NCBI GenBank assembly: GCA_963663225.1
Contig: OY760142.1
Location: forward strand, 2,880,001 to 2,944,000
Length of the DNA: 64,000 nucleotides
Source: Nitrospirota bacterium
GTDB taxonomy: Bacteria; Nitrospirota; UBA9217
Reading direction: 5' to 3'
Part shown: piece by piece, positions 26,492 through 36,048 of the stretch
Numbering within the stretch: position 1 is the stretch's first letter
Layout of the letters: each line of letters starts with the position of its first letter
Made by a program: the position numbers and the translations under genes
Notes under the pieces: generated by a model
What the model was told of the DNA's origin: nothing
Seen by the model: the letters and a program-made list of their open reading frames with translations, nothing else
The model's database searches: none

Positions 26492-27589
26492 TCAAATTTT
26501 TATAACTTTTGGCTCAATGGCATTATCGTTATCATGCGAATCGTCTTCCAACGATTTTGTATTATATTCAGGAACTCCTAGCTGTAACCGCTCACGCAGT
26601 AAATCGACGTGATTTTGCTTAAATTTCTCACCAAGAAACTGATATATTTTTTCTCTTGTTTTTAAATCGACGACACCGTCCCATCCTAATTTTGTAGAGC
26701 CAAAAATAGCAGAATAAAGCATGTAAAAAATCGTCAAATTTCTTATGGTTTTTTTTGATAATTTAAAATATGCTGACCCTTCAGATGCAAATTGTCCTTT
26801 CGCAGTTAAGGAAAGTTTATTATGTAAAATATAATCTTCAACGATGGAATTATAATTATTTTTTAAATAATCTATATTTATTCCTGATTCTTCTAGTGCT
26901 CCTGTAATTATCTCTAATTCTGAAATTAATTTAAAAAACTGCCCTACACTAAAACCATCGATTGACTGCTTTTGTTTTATATTAGTGGTAAAGTAAACAG
27001 AGTCTTTATATCGGAAAAAAGGATATATCAGATGATAAACATATTCCCAATGAGTATCTATATTAAAGACGGCCTGATTTGCTCTCAGGCTACGAAGTAA
27101 ACCATATGGTAAAATATCTCGATTAACCCCCGGCCCCCAACAGACTTTTCTTCTTAAATCTGCAAACATTATTTCTCCTTGACCTGCTTGGGGATCAGAG
27201 ATAACTTCTATTTTTTTTCGATTTATAATCGGGTTACCAACTATACGACCAATCTTTATTTCACTGTGGCCTATAGTCATTACAATATCACCAATATTTA
27301 TTTCTTTAATGAACGTTGAAACTTGATTGATGTGCGATGTTAATCGTGTGGTCGAGTAGCTGCTTTTCTTATAAGCTTTACTTAATTTTTCTCTAAGCTT
27401 ATCAATATCTAGGTTATATGTATTTTTACCTGTTTCGTCAAGCCCAAGTAAATCTAAATGACTAATGCCAATAAGTGAACCTTCTACGAAGTGATCGTAA
27501 TATCGTCCACCATGGCAACGAACAACCCAAAATCTTTGGCCTTCTGGCCTTTCATATATATTGAGTGCGCTAAGCATAAGTTTCTCCAT
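26492..27589 (-). CDS. Hypothetical protein with N-terminal PUA/EVE-like domain (as in Mrr/McrB-associated proteins)
   Basis: FWVVRCHGGRYY..F..IGISH, FIKEINIGDIVM, RRKVCW pattern; hydrophobic C-terminal segment, no nuclease motif seen. Confidence 0.6.
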   Translation of the reverse strand: MEKLMLSALNIYERPEGQRFWVVRCHGGRYYDHFVEGSLIGISHLDLLGLDETGKNTYNLDIDKLREKLSKAYKKSSYSTTRLTSHINQVSTFIKEINIGDIVMTIGHSEIKIGRIVGNPIINRKKIEVISDPQAGQGEIMFADLRRKVCWGPGVNRDILPYGLLRSLRANQAVFNIDTHWEYVYHLIYPFFRYKDSVYFTTNIKQKQSIDGFSVGQFFKLISELEIITGALEESGINIDYLKNNYNSIVEDYILHNKLSLTAKGQFASEGSAYFKLSKKTIRNLTIFYMLYSAIFGSTKLGWDGVVDLKTREKIYQFLGEKFKQNHVDLLRERLQLGVPEYNTKSLEDDSHDNDNAIEPKVIKI

Positions 27590-27747
27590 TTATTTAAAGC
27601 AATTAGACGCCCAATTCGCCGCCCCAGTTTGCCAGATAGATATCAAATAGTATGTCTTGCTATAACATTTTAGTACAAATTTAATAAAACAGAACAACAG
27701 AACAGAAAAAGTTTACGGAAAGATATAAATATCCAATGTTTAGTTTG

Positions 27748-28122
27748 CTATTTATAGGGTTCTTTGGTTCCTGGCTTACCAGTATAGGGGTTCACATTGC
27801 CCTTAGTGCTCCAATTATTATTTTTCGTACTATCAGGAGTTGTTCTACGATGTGGAGATACATAAGTACCATCCTTCTTTGTATATCCTTTTACATGGGT
27901 GTCTCGACTCTTGCTAATTGACCGAGTAGTGGTGGAGCTTTTACTTGTTGATCTTTTCCCACTATTTTTACTCTTGCCGCCACTACTCTTTCCAGCTGAA
28001 CTTTTGCTCGATGAACTTTTGCCACTATGACCTTTACCACCACCTCCTCTTGCAAATAAATCCTGAATAATTATTGACATAGAAAATAATAAACAGAGCA
28101 GTAAACAGGCCAGTTTTTTCAT
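27748..28122 (-). CDS. Small secreted basic protein
   Basis: Signal peptide, Ser/Gly/Lys-rich linker, widespread motif HVKGYTKKDGTYV..H.RT.P..NWSTKGNVNPYTG. Confidence 0.7.
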   Translation of the reverse strand: MKKLACLLLCLLFSMSIIIQDLFARGGGGKGHSGKSSSSKSSAGKSSGGKSKNSGKRSTSKSSTTTRSISKSRDTHVKGYTKKDGTYVSPHRRTTPDSTKNNNWSTKGNVNPYTGKPGTKEPYK

Positions 28123-28580
28123 AATTATCCCCCTGTTTTAAAGATTTTAATAATACGCCTTACCTTACAATCCAACTGCATATTACGCGAGTAAAGTTGT
28201 ACTTGATCAGTACAGGAACAAGCGCTTATTTATTATCTGTTAATAGTAAAGGTATAGTTACAGATGACCTGAGAGCTTTGAATTATGGATAAATATAAAG
28301 TGATATTAAAAAGGTAAAACTAAAAGCTAAGATTATTGCTTCAAGTTAGAACCCTTTCCGTTTTGCTATTCATTGGAGTAAATGATGTTCTATTTGTAGA
28401 AGAAAAGAAGATGTTTTGTCGTTGGAGGTTAATTTATTATACGCTTAGGTATAATACTGTCAAGGTTATTTTTTAGACTACAAAAGGAATGACAGTCATA
28501 AAGAGTGAGATCATAAAAATAAGCAGCTTATGTTATTAATTACATCACCAATTAAAAAATTTTTAAACAAACAAATATAA

Positions 28581-28936
28581 TCACTGTGATAAAAAATGCG
28601 ATAAATTTCTTCAAAAAAGGCAATATCATCATAACAAATAGAATTTCTATAAACTTATTAATTCATTGATTTACAGATAAAAGCGGGAAACCAAGCAGCA
28701 AATCAAGGATTGAATTTTTCTGTCCTTTCCTTCGGGTAGTGAGGGCAAGAGAGCGAGCCTTGTGCTCACCCGTTTTCTCACTGTGATAAAAATGTGATAA
28801 AACTATTCAAAAAAGGCAAAATTATCACAATACATAGAATAATTGTAAACCTATTAATCGTTTGATTTATCAGCAATAACGGGAAACCAAGCAACAAATC
28901 AAGGATTGTGTTTTTCTGCCTTTTCTCGCTGGCAGT
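28581..28936 (+). repeat. Imperfect tandem duplication (about 155 bp x2) of the att arm region
   Basis: 28581-28740 aligns with 28778-28936 (TCACTGTGATAAAAA..TTCAAAAAAGGCAA..CGGGAAACCAAGCA.CAAATCAAGGATTG..TTTTCTG). Confidence 0.85.
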
Positions 28937-28979
28937 CTTGGGGTCAGGGGTTCGATCCCCCTCAGCTCCACCAAGAATT
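28928..28979 (+). repeat. attR core (52-bp direct repeat, tRNA-Ala 3' fragment)
   Basis: Identical to 20574-20625. Confidence 0.95.
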
Positions 28980-28981
28980 TT

Positions 28982-29010
28982 AAAGGCTAATCGCAAGATT
29001 AGCCTTTTTT
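28982..29010 (+). terminator. Intrinsic terminator (probably the original tRNA terminator)
   Basis: AAAGGCTAATC-GCAA-GATTAGCCTTT followed by a T run. Confidence 0.8.
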
Positions 29011-29148
29011 ATTTAAGCTAGAAGTGGTTTCAAAGAGACTATTCCTTTTTTTCGGAACCTCACGACAGCGTTATTCTGAGTATACTTATTCGACATTATG
29101 CATCTTCTAATCTTCTCCTTAACCGTAACTTTCAAAAAAATACCGCAT

Positions 29149-29164
29149 TGTGACCTAACTCACA
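29149..29164. promoter_or_regulatory. CRP/FNR-family (or Rex-like) operator
   Basis: TGTGA-CCTAAC-TCACA, perfect TGTGA-N6-TCACA. Confidence 0.5.
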
Positions 29165-29289
29165 TATAATTTTTAAAAAAAATATTATACTTTGGTTGCA
29201 ACATACGTCGATCTTTATATTTTAATATGATACAAGATCTATGGAGAAAAGCTCCATATCATCTCACTTAAACTCTTTTGGGAGGAACC

Positions 29290-29874
29290 ATGAAAAGACA
29301 TTACTTCCGTATTTTATTACTTGCAGTTTTTTTCGTTGTTTCTGGTTGTGCCGCATCTGCCCCGAGATATATGGCATTCAAGGAAGACCCAACGTTTAAT
29401 ATCTTTAAAGTCAAACCCGAAAAAGGTTACGCTGCTCTCGTCGTTGCCAGAACAACCAAATTCGGTGGAGCAATCGAATTTGACACCTTTCTCGACAAGA
29501 AGATGATAGGCGTTACCCAATGGAAAAGTTATTTTGTAAAAACGAATATCACACCAGGAGTGCATTATGTAATCACGCGAGCGGAAAGCGTAGAACCGGC
29601 GAAAATAAATTTCAAGCCTGACAGAATATATTATCTGCAACAAATCCCAAGAATGGGCGTCTGGAGGGCTCGGGTAAGCGTAGCGCTCGTAACTCCGCAA
29701 GAACTGAGCACTTCATTTGACAGCGACTGCAGATTGTTAGCATATGACGTTCAAAATCCAGGTGAAGACATGTCTGATAAAGACTACCGAGAAGCCATCA
29801 ATGATTATGAACGGGAAGTTAAAGAAGGACGGCACCAGGAAGATTCAAGCTATAATGGAATTCCTGCAAAATAA
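29290..29874 (+). CDS. Putative lipoprotein (DUF2846-like)
   Basis: GGAGG RBS, lipobox VSGC, beta-rich domain (KSYF..PG.H..YYL). Confidence 0.75.
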   Translation: MKRHYFRILLLAVFFVVSGCAASAPRYMAFKEDPTFNIFKVKPEKGYAALVVARTTKFGGAIEFDTFLDKKMIGVTQWKSYFVKTNITPGVHYVITRAESVEPAKINFKPDRIYYLQQIPRMGVWRARVSVALVTPQELSTSFDSDCRLLAYDVQNPGEDMSDKDYREAINDYEREVKEGRHQEDSSYNGIPAK

Positions 29875-30140
29875 TTTCAATCAATACTGGTGTGAGGATT
29901 AGAAATACCAGAAGCACATATTAACCGGGTAACATCAACTTCCAGCCTTACAAAATAAAAAAACATCGCTTAAGATCTTCTATGGGAAAACATCCCCATA
30001 GAAGAAGATAAGCATTTGTATGAAGTTGCTGACTCTTCCCTATTCTGAAAACTCTATTAAACAAATCACAACAATCGGTGTCTCACCTAATAAATAGTAC
30101 AAGTACATCATTACGAATGAAGCGTTACGGAGGTGTCATC

Positions 30141-30746
30141 ATGAAAAAGCCGACCCTCGGCATCATTATTTTTAGTTTGTTGTTCTCTGCCTTCAGCATT
30201 TTAACGCCGGCAAAAACCAATGCTGAAGTCAATGTCAGCATTAACATTCCTTTGCCGCCGCTCGTGATACCAGCTCCACCTGCTTTAGTGGTAATACCTG
30301 AAACCTATGTATACTATCCTCCTGATGTCAATGTAGATATTTTCTTCTACCGGGGCTACTGGTACAGACCATATCAGGGACATTGGTTTATCTCAAGCAG
30401 GTACAACGGCCCTTGGCGGGGTATTGAAGTCCATCGGGTGCCTCGCGCGATAATCGGCGTCCCCTCCTCGTTTAGAGGGGCCCCTGTTTTTCATAACCGC
30501 TTGCAGTATAAGGAAGTAAGAAAAAACTGGAAAGGATGGGAGCGCGACCGGCATTGGGACAATGCACGCTGGGACAAGGCCCGCCAAGAAAGAAGAGATT
30601 ACTATCGGGGACAAGCCAACAGAGGACCTCAACACGAGCAGCAGAATTGGAATAGAGACAACCATGACAGGAGAGAAAATTCACCGAGAGAACACGGTGG
30701 AGGTCATATGAACAATAGAGAAGGAAATCCGCACATCATTCGATAA
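30141..30746 (+). CDS. Secreted Pro/Trp/Arg-rich protein
   Basis: GGAGG RBS, signal peptide, PPPLV..PP..YVYY, FFYRGYWY..W..GPW motif, low-complexity tail. Confidence 0.7.
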   Translation: MKKPTLGIIIFSLLFSAFSILTPAKTNAEVNVSINIPLPPLVIPAPPALVVIPETYVYYPPDVNVDIFFYRGYWYRPYQGHWFISSRYNGPWRGIEVHRVPRAIIGVPSSFRGAPVFHNRLQYKEVRKNWKGWERDRHWDNARWDKARQERRDYYRGQANRGPQHEQQNWNRDNHDRRENSPREHGGGHMNNREGNPHIIR

Positions 30747-30823
30747 AAAACGAACGAATGCTATGCAGCCTTGTGAACCGACAAGAAAACAAACAGTTGA
30801 CCGTATAAACCAGAATAATATCC

Positions 30824-32857
30824 TTAAGTCTGCGTATCCAGCATATCCCGTATCTTTCGGACAAGGACAGTCGGTGTTACCGGTTTTTGAAGGAACACCG
30901 TGTTTTTGTCCGAAAACATTTTTTTTGTAAAAATATTTTCCGCATAGCCGCTGATAAAAATCGTCTTTACTTCCGGGTTTTGCTTTTTGATATTCAACCA
31001 GGCTTCTTTACCGTTCATGTTCGGCATAATACCGTCGAGCATCACGAGTCGTATGCCGTCGATGTTTTTTGCATACTTGGCAACCGCATCCAGTCCATCA
31101 ACAGCCTCTATGACCGTATAACCATACTCCTGCAGCACGCTGATTGACATTTTTCTGATGGTTGCGTCGTCTTCAGCAAAAAGCAGTGTTTCTGTACCGC
31201 CCCTGGCAGGCACTTCCTCTTCCATTTTTTGACTTTCTGCGGGAGCAGAGCCATTGGAAGACGGCAGATATATTTTAAATGTTGTTCCCCGTCCTGGATT
31301 GCTGCATACATTAATAAAACCGTTATGTTGTTTTACAATACCGAAAACCACGGCCAATCCGAGGCCAGTGCCCTTTCCTTCCTCTTTGGTAGTATAAAAC
31401 GGTTCGAAAATCTTCTGTTTTACTTCGTCGGTCATCCCTGTGCCCGTGTCCGTGACCGTAAGAAAGGCATAGATACCGCTGGGCTGTTTCACGCCTTCCG
31501 CGTCGATAAGCGACTGGTCAACGTTTATGAGACCCGTTTTAATGAGGATGTCGCCGCCTTTCGGCATAGCGTCACGTGAGTTGGTCACTAAATTCATCAG
31601 TATTTGCTCAAGCTGTCCGCGGTCGGCTACTATATGCAAATCTTTTTCCGCCGTCTCCACTTTGAGCCGAATGTTTTCCTTGAGCAAACGAAGCAGAAAC
31701 TTTTCAAATTTAAGAATTACGTCATTCAAATTGATCGTAACAAGATTGACGTTCTGTTTTCTGCCGAATGCGAGAAGACTCTGAGTCAGCACTGTAGCAC
31801 GGTTGGCTGCCGTTTGTATCTGTTCGATACTGTGGCGATTCGGATCATCCTGTTTCATTTTCATGAGGGCTATTGCGGCATATCCGACGATAGCGCTCAT
31901 GATGTTGTTAAAATCATGGGCCACCCCCCCGGCGAGCTGGCCGATGGCCTCCATTTTCTGGGCCTGGCGCAGCTGGTTTTCTAACAAGATTTTTTCTGAC
32001 TCAGCGCGCCGGCGTTCCGTGATATCGAAAAAAACGCAGTGCGTACTGATAAACTTACTGGATGCATCACTCTGAATACGCCCTTCGATATATACTTCAA
32101 TAGGAGAGCCGTCTTTGCGCACCAGCTGCAATTGGGAATGAATTTCCCCGTTTTGCTTGAAGTCGGCAAATGTCTTCGCGAACCTGGGTTTCGTCTCGGG
32201 AGGCCAGATTGTACTGAAACTCCGCCCTATCAGTTCCGGAGAATCATACTGAAGAAGCCGGCATAATCTGTCATTGACATACAGAAATTTGCCTTCTTCA
32301 TCCAGTGATTGGTACGCAACCGGGGATTGGTCGAAAATGCTCCGGAATCTTGTTTCGCTCTCCAGAAGCGCTCGGTTTGCCACTTCCAGATCTGTGACTT
32401 TTTTTTCGAGTTTGTGAAAAAGGATTTCATTGTATTGTCGGAAGAACTCCATCTCCGCACCCAACGGCTGCTTGATGACGGGATGAGGTGCATGCTCAGA
32501 CAACACTTCTTTGATGACGGTTAGAATCACCTCCGTGTCTTGCGGTTTGACCAGAAACCTGTCGGCTCCCAGCTTGATTCCGAGTTCCGCGTCTTTTTCG
32601 TCGGTATACGTCGCCGTATAAAATATAAATGGGATGCTGCTCAGCTGTTCGTCAGACCGCACCGCGCGGCAGAGTTGAAACCCGTCCATTTTCGGCATAA
32701 GAATGTCTGAGATGACCAGACCGACTGTCGCCGTTTTTAAACAACCAAGCGCTTCCAGACCGTTTCCGGCTATAACGACTTCATAGCCATTTCCTTTCAG
32801 CAGCGCTTCGAGCAGATAGATATTTTCAGCATTATCGTCAACGATCAGGATGTTCAT
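30824..32857 (-). CDS. Hybrid sensor histidine kinase (REC-PAS-HisKA-HATPase-REC)
   Basis: DILMPKMDG, PAS, AHDFNN H-box, NSRDAM, DTGTG, GTGLGL, C-terminal REC. Confidence 0.93.
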   Translation of the reverse strand: MNILIVDDNAENIYLLEALLKGNGYEVVIAGNGLEALGCLKTATVGLVISDILMPKMDGFQLCRAVRSDEQLSSIPFIFYTATYTDEKDAELGIKLGADRFLVKPQDTEVILTVIKEVLSEHAPHPVIKQPLGAEMEFFRQYNEILFHKLEKKVTDLEVANRALLESETRFRSIFDQSPVAYQSLDEEGKFLYVNDRLCRLLQYDSPELIGRSFSTIWPPETKPRFAKTFADFKQNGEIHSQLQLVRKDGSPIEVYIEGRIQSDASSKFISTHCVFFDITERRRAESEKILLENQLRQAQKMEAIGQLAGGVAHDFNNIMSAIVGYAAIALMKMKQDDPNRHSIEQIQTAANRATVLTQSLLAFGRKQNVNLVTINLNDVILKFEKFLLRLLKENIRLKVETAEKDLHIVADRGQLEQILMNLVTNSRDAMPKGGDILIKTGLINVDQSLIDAEGVKQPSGIYAFLTVTDTGTGMTDEVKQKIFEPFYTTKEEGKGTGLGLAVVFGIVKQHNGFINVCSNPGRGTTFKIYLPSSNGSAPAESQKMEEEVPARGGTETLLFAEDDATIRKMSISVLQEYGYTVIEAVDGLDAVAKYAKNIDGIRLVMLDGIMPNMNGKEAWLNIKKQNPEVKTIFISGYAENIFTKKMFSDKNTVFLQKPVTPTVLVRKIRDMLDTQT

Positions 32858-33234
32858 TTCTCCCCCTCTTGTTTGTCAAGGAAAGCGGAAATTTCATCCA
32901 TGATCGTTTCCGGATTAATCGGTTTTTCAATATACCCATTGCATCCGGCCGCAAGGAGCCTCTCCCGGTCCCCGGTCATGGCATAGGAAGTGATGGCTAT
33001 AATCGGTATGGCAGCGCAGCTGCGGGATTTCCGAATGCGTCTTGTCGTTTCTAGCCCGTCTATGCCGGGAAGTTGAATGTCCATAAGAATCAGGTCCGGC
33101 TGTTCTCGGAGGGCAAGTTCGACTCCTTCTTCCCCGGTTCTGGTCTGGATCGTCTGATGTCCCATTGTTTTGATAAGAAATGTGATCAAATACATGTTTT
33201 TTTCATTGTCTTCAACCACCAGGATTTTTTTCAC
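32854..33234 (-). CDS. Single-domain response regulator (DivK-like)
   Basis: VEDN, DIQLPGIDG, TSYAM, KP. Confidence 0.92.
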   Translation of the reverse strand: MKKILVVEDNEKNMYLITFLIKTMGHQTIQTRTGEEGVELALREQPDLILMDIQLPGIDGLETTRRIRKSRSCAAIPIIAITSYAMTGDRERLLAAGCNGYIEKPINPETIMDEISAFLDKQEGEK

Positions 33235-35798
33235 CGTGTCTCCTTTTTTACAGCCGGCATGCTCATGATAAATTCACTTCCCTTGTTGATCTCGCTTGTG
33301 GCCAGAATATCGCCGCCGAGAAGTTTCATGAGTTTTTTTGAAATATACAATCCAAGTCCCGTTCCTTCATATTTCGGCATATCGGCGGACGTAATCTGGC
33401 TGAAAAACTGAAAAAGCCTGTTCATATCTTCAGCGCGTATGCCGCATCCGGTATCGCGCACGGCAATTATCACGGTATTTGGTGTTTCCTCCACGGTCAA
33501 ACGCACCTCTCCCCGGTCAGTAAATTTGACGGCATTTCCAGTCAGATTAATCAGCACTTGTCGGATGCGCTGTTTATCGCTCATGATTTCTAAAACATCC
33601 GGCCCCTTCACGACAAGGGAGATGTTTTTCCGCGCCGCTGCCGGCTGCAATGAAGACACTACGGTACGAACCAAGGGCATCAGATCAAATACGGACATGT
33701 TCATGTGAATCCTGCCGGCCTCGATTTTGCTCAAATCAATAATATCGGTAATCAATTCAAGAAGGTGGTTCGAGCTGCTTTTTACCATGCTCAATTGCTT
33801 GCGTTGTTCTTCGTTCAGGGGGCCGGCCAATCCCTGCAGCAGGATTCCGGTAAAACCGATGATTGAATTAAGCGGAGTGCGCAATTCGTGGCTCATGGAA
33901 GCGATAAAAAGCGATTTCAGACGGTCCAGCTCCTTTAATCTTGTGTTGGCCGATTCCAGGTCTTTTTTGGCTGTGGTCACTTCATCCAGAGAAAGACGCA
34001 GGGCTTCCTGCGAACGCTGGAGCTGATCGGTACGTTCCTGCACCATTTCTTCCAGATGAAGGCGATGTTTCTTCAGTTCTGCTTCGATCTTGTTTTTTTG
34101 AGTAATGTCTCGTATTATGGTCAGAAGACAAGGCTGGCCATCCAGCATTATGGTCTCACCGGAAACAAGTCCTTCGAGGACAAGAGATGATTTTGTCCGG
34201 AACCTGGCTTCCCGCTCGCGAACTCTTCCCTGTTCTTTTAATTCTGCAATGTAACGATTGCGCTCCTGAAGGTCAAGCCACAGACGCAGGTCCATTGCAG
34301 TATGGCCCATTGTTTCATCACGAGAGTATCCGGTAAGACGAAGAAATACTTCATTGACTTCAAGCAAAAGTCCGCTGTCTGCACGGCTTATAATTATGGC
34401 ATCGGGAGTCGCTTGAAAAGCCTTGAAGAACTTTTCTTCAGAACGGCGCAAAGCGTCCTCCGACCGTTTTCGTTCGGTAATGTCTGTAATGACTGCAACA
34501 CGGGCCGCTTGCCCCTCATATACGAGCTCATGCGACATGGCTACAATATCAATCAGCATTCCGTCTTTCTTGCGGTGGTGCCATTCACCGGCATAGGTAT
34601 GGCCGTTCATGGTGGAAACCAGATCTACAATTGGTTTTTTTTCTTCTTCCGGATAAAGATCGGGTAGGTACAAGCTAAGAGCCTCATTTTTTTGATAGCC
34701 GTAGTGGTTCATAAAAGCATCATTTACATCAAGCAACCTGAATGTGCTGCGGTCGTAGATCAGCATCGGTGCGGGATTCTGGAGAAACAAGTGTCGGTAA
34801 CGTTCTTCACTTGCCCGCAAGTCTTCTTCTGTCTTTCTGCGTTTTTGTTCTTCCGAAAGAATCACCCACGCTTTGGCACTGATCCAAGAGATGGTCACAA
34901 CGCCGACAAGAACTGCACAGAGAATCAACAACAGCCTGTTTCTGAAAGCGGTAAGAGAGGAGAGGACTTCATCTTCGGAAGATGTTACTACAATCGGCCA
35001 AAATGTATCGGCGATGTAAATAGGCATGTATATGGCATTCTTTTTTATTAAAGAACCGCTCCGGGACGCAATTTTATCGAATGTATAGGTTGCTGTCCCC
35101 TGGCGGCCCAGGAGCATGTTATTTACCATTAAGAGAAGTGAAGGAAAATCTTTGCAGGATTCGTAAACAGATTTTCCGGTAAATCCGGGAACCGGGCTGT
35201 ATAATGTTATTCCACTGCGGCTGATGACCCACGCATATCCTGTTTCACCTATCTTTATCACTTCTAGATATCGCTTCGCCAGATTCTCAAAGTTGATGAC
35301 GATGGCGATAGTACCTTTGAATTCAGCTCGTTTGAATACCGGAACGTGAAGAGCCACGGCGTCGAAACCCTGTATGGTTTTAAACACATCACTTATGACC
35401 GGCTTATGATCCTGGATAATTTTCCGGATATGTTCCTGGCCCGATATGTCAGTTCCTGCAGAAAGATCATAGGGAACGGTATACAGTATCCTGCCGTGCT
35501 CGTTCACCCGGGTGATAGACCGAATCTGATCATGATGCGCTTCGTAGAACAGAGACATATACTGTCTGCCTTTATCGTCGGCATTGATGACTGCATCTAT
35601 TTTTGATAACGAACTGAGAACGCCCGTCCAGGTCGTAAAAAAATCTTCGATTCCGCGCGCCGCCTGTTTCGCGTGTATCAGCTGCGTATTGTTCAGCTGC
35701 GCAATTGCTGTTTTTACCGCATTATTATAGATGAGTACAAAAAAAAGAGAGGAAGCTGCAGCGAAGACAAGCATGAGTATCAGGAGCGTCTTTCTCAA
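33231..35798 (-). CDS. Membrane sensor histidine kinase (dCache-PAS-PAS-HisKA-HATPase)
   Basis: Two TMs flanking a Cache-like domain, two PAS, SHELRTPL, NAVKFT, DTGCG, GTGLGL; start uncertain (TTG 35798 after GAGGGA). Confidence 0.9.
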   Translation of the reverse strand: MRKTLLILMLVFAAASSLFFVLIYNNAVKTAIAQLNNTQLIHAKQAARGIEDFFTTWTGVLSSLSKIDAVINADDKGRQYMSLFYEAHHDQIRSITRVNEHGRILYTVPYDLSAGTDISGQEHIRKIIQDHKPVISDVFKTIQGFDAVALHVPVFKRAEFKGTIAIVINFENLAKRYLEVIKIGETGYAWVISRSGITLYSPVPGFTGKSVYESCKDFPSLLLMVNNMLLGRQGTATYTFDKIASRSGSLIKKNAIYMPIYIADTFWPIVVTSSEDEVLSSLTAFRNRLLLILCAVLVGVVTISWISAKAWVILSEEQKRRKTEEDLRASEERYRHLFLQNPAPMLIYDRSTFRLLDVNDAFMNHYGYQKNEALSLYLPDLYPEEEKKPIVDLVSTMNGHTYAGEWHHRKKDGMLIDIVAMSHELVYEGQAARVAVITDITERKRSEDALRRSEEKFFKAFQATPDAIIISRADSGLLLEVNEVFLRLTGYSRDETMGHTAMDLRLWLDLQERNRYIAELKEQGRVREREARFRTKSSLVLEGLVSGETIMLDGQPCLLTIIRDITQKNKIEAELKKHRLHLEEMVQERTDQLQRSQEALRLSLDEVTTAKKDLESANTRLKELDRLKSLFIASMSHELRTPLNSIIGFTGILLQGLAGPLNEEQRKQLSMVKSSSNHLLELITDIIDLSKIEAGRIHMNMSVFDLMPLVRTVVSSLQPAAARKNISLVVKGPDVLEIMSDKQRIRQVLINLTGNAVKFTDRGEVRLTVEETPNTVIIAVRDTGCGIRAEDMNRLFQFFSQITSADMPKYEGTGLGLYISKKLMKLLGGDILATSEINKGSEFIMSMPAVKKETR

Positions 35799-35885
35799 GA
35801 ACAATCCCTCACAACACCAATGCAAAAATGAATTGTCCCATAAAACGGGAGCCGATCTAAAATTTGAGATCAAACCAGTCACGAG

Positions 35886-35925
35886 AAACGAAAAAGCCGA
35901 TAAAAAGAAAAATCCTTTTACCGGC
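35886..35925 (-). terminator. Intrinsic terminator in the 5' leader of the sensor kinase (attenuator)
   Basis: Minus strand GCCGGTAAAAGGA-TTTT-TCTTTTTATCGGC followed by TTTTTCGTTT. Confidence 0.7.
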
Positions 35926-36004
35926 GTACAGTTTCTCGGCTATGTTGACAAATCCTGGCATCATGTATTAATCGCGATCCTTTCGGGCTTCTACTACCGC
36001 GCCG
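35922..36004 (-). ncRNA. Candidate riboswitch aptamer resembling yybP-ykoY (Mn2+) class
   Basis: P1 CGGCGCGGT/ACTGTACGCCG overlapping the terminator; GGTAGTAG..CCGAAAGG..TTAATAC..GATTTGTCAAC..CGAGA elements similar to yybP-ykoY; no covariance search run. Confidence 0.4.
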
Positions 36005-36048
36005 CGTCTTAATTTTCACCAGAACAAAAGTGTTCGTTTTTGTTTTAC

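Larger units (their letters stand above)
20574..28979. mobile_element. Integrative element / genomic island (about 8.4 kb) inserted in the 3' half of tRNA-Ala
   Basis: Perfect 52-bp direct repeats at both ends; integrase, Xis-like and Rep_trans genes; visibly AT-rich relative to flanks. Confidence 0.93.

Noticed and set aside
28581-28936. Possible CRISPR array
   Set aside because: Only two long degenerate copies, no regular repeat-spacer period, and no cas genes in the window
28928-28973. Second tRNA-Ala gene
   Set aside because: Only the 3' half is present (no 5' acceptor strand or D arm); it is attR
28778-28996. 72-aa minus-strand ORF at the island end
   Set aside because: It is the antisense reading of the attR tRNA fragment and arm repeat (GGAEGDRTPD is a typical anti-tRNA translation)
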